Source: an uncultured Candidatus Saccharibacteria bacterium
GTDB taxonomy: Bacteria > Patescibacteriota > Minisyncoccia > Phycocordibacterales > UBA9973
Length of the DNA stretch: 64,000 nucleotides
Direction: 5' to 3'
NCBI GenBank assembly: GCA_964554645.1
Contig: CAZKPK010000001.1
Location: 3,697-67,696 of the forward strand
Shown here: positions 63,274 through 64,000 of the stretch, one piece after another
Position numbering within the stretch: the stretch's first letter is position 1
Layout: each line of letters starts with the position of its first letter
Notes under the pieces: model-generated
The model's database searches: none
What the model saw: only the letters and a program-made list of their open reading frames with translations
Told to the model about the DNA's origin: nothing
Position numbers and translations under genes: made by a program

Positions 63274-64000
63274 ATGTTGTCGAATCGAAAATTGAAGCAA
63301 AAAGAATTATTTGTCTTTGATCTGGATGGTACAATTATCGAGACAAAGTCGCCGATGGAGCCGGAGATGTCCAAGCTCATAACTCGGTTGATTAAGACAA
63401 AGAAAGTGGCCATTATAGGCGGAGGCAAATACTCCGTTTTTCAAGAACTGTTTGTGTGCAAACTTAAATGCAAGCAAGAGCTTTTTAAAAATCTTTTCCT
63501 GTTTCCCGCCACTTCCACTATCTTTTATAAATATCACCATGGATGGAAAAAAATCTATGCCCTACATCTTTCCTCTGGTGAAATAAAAAAAATTAAACAA
63601 GCATTCCAGGATGTATTTAAGGAAATTGGGTATAAGCACCCCAAAAAAACTTATGGAAAAATCATTGAAGATCGAGGTACCCAGGTATCTTTTTCGATAT
63701 ACGGGCAAGATTTGGTCAAAGTGCTGGGGAGAAAGGGGGTGCGGATGAAAAAAGAATGGCTGAAAAAAAACCTGAAATTAAAAATGAAAATTGCCAGATT
63801 GGTGGGGAAGAAGCTTCCCGGCCTAGAAGTTCGGGCAGCGGGGTTTACGACGATAGATGTGACTAGGCGTGGAATCGACAAGGCTTATGGTATACATCAA
63901 ATTGAGAAACATTTGAGAATTCCGATTAGAAAAATGTTTTTCATTGGAGATGGGATTTTTCCCGGGGGAAATGATTATGCCATTGTTAAAACTGGGATAG
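63274..64000 (+). CDS. HAD-superfamily hydrolase (phosphomannomutase/Cof-like), 3'-partial at window edge
   Basis: motif I FVFDLDGTIIE near N-terminus; reading frame continues to end of window. Confidence 0.55.
   Translation, partial: MLSNRKLKQKELFVFDLDGTIIETKSPMEPEMSKLITRLIKTKKVAIIGGGKYSVFQELFVCKLKCKQELFKNLFLFPATSTIFYKYHHGWKKIYALHLSSGEIKKIKQAFQDVFKEIGYKHPKKTYGKIIEDRGTQVSFSIYGQDLVKVLGRKGVRMKKEWLKKNLKLKMKIARLVGKKLPGLEVRAAGFTTIDVTRRGIDKAYGIHQIEKHLRIPIRKMFFIGDGIFPGGNDYAIVKTGI

Overview
This AT-rich, gene-dense window looks like a small-genome bacterium (Patescibacteria/CPR-like gene content) with short intergenic regions.

Core housekeeping genes: rpoB-rpoC, rpoD, dnaG, gyrB, ligA, pheS/pheT, thrS, rpsP-KH-trmD, rpmF, rnc, rnr, sufS, copA.

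A near-complete type IV pilus / competence locus: comFC, pilM-N-O, pilB, a REC-domain gene, pilT, pilC, a major pilin, pilD and four minor pilins.

Four toxin-antitoxin pairs: MNT/HepT inside the pilus cluster, two DinJ/YafQ-type pairs and one RelE-type pair.

The unexplained structure is a set of GC-rich palindromic repeat families.
- Family B is a REP-like palindrome (CCCATAGGTC-n-GACCTATGG) clustered around an IS200-like Y1 (HuH) RAYT-type transposase. One copy lies in-frame inside that transposase, others donate its stop codon and the C-terminal tail of maf.
- Family A is a composite hairpin element (ATCCACCCCG-hairpin-CACCCCTCAAGAGGGGAA) at six loci. It flanks a DUF559/Vsr-like endonuclease gene that interrupts the pilM-pilN operon, and one copy is in-frame inside pheT.
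- Family C (GCGCGCTTGGCGGTTAAACCGCCAAGCGCGC) is inserted in-frame in ligA and rpoC.

The picture resembles Rickettsia RPE-style selfish DNA in essential genes plus a REP/RAYT system. It may also include a second, undescribed repeat/endonuclease (DUF559) pairing.

Other points of interest: an SMC-family ATPase of 722 aa whose hinge appears replaced by a Rad50-type CPxCG zinc hook; a tRNA-Ser(GGA) preceded by a truncated tRNA-like copy; a copA-proximal palindromic operator; a CTAG-rich direct-repeat motif after several genes; and small hydrophobic peptide ORFs.
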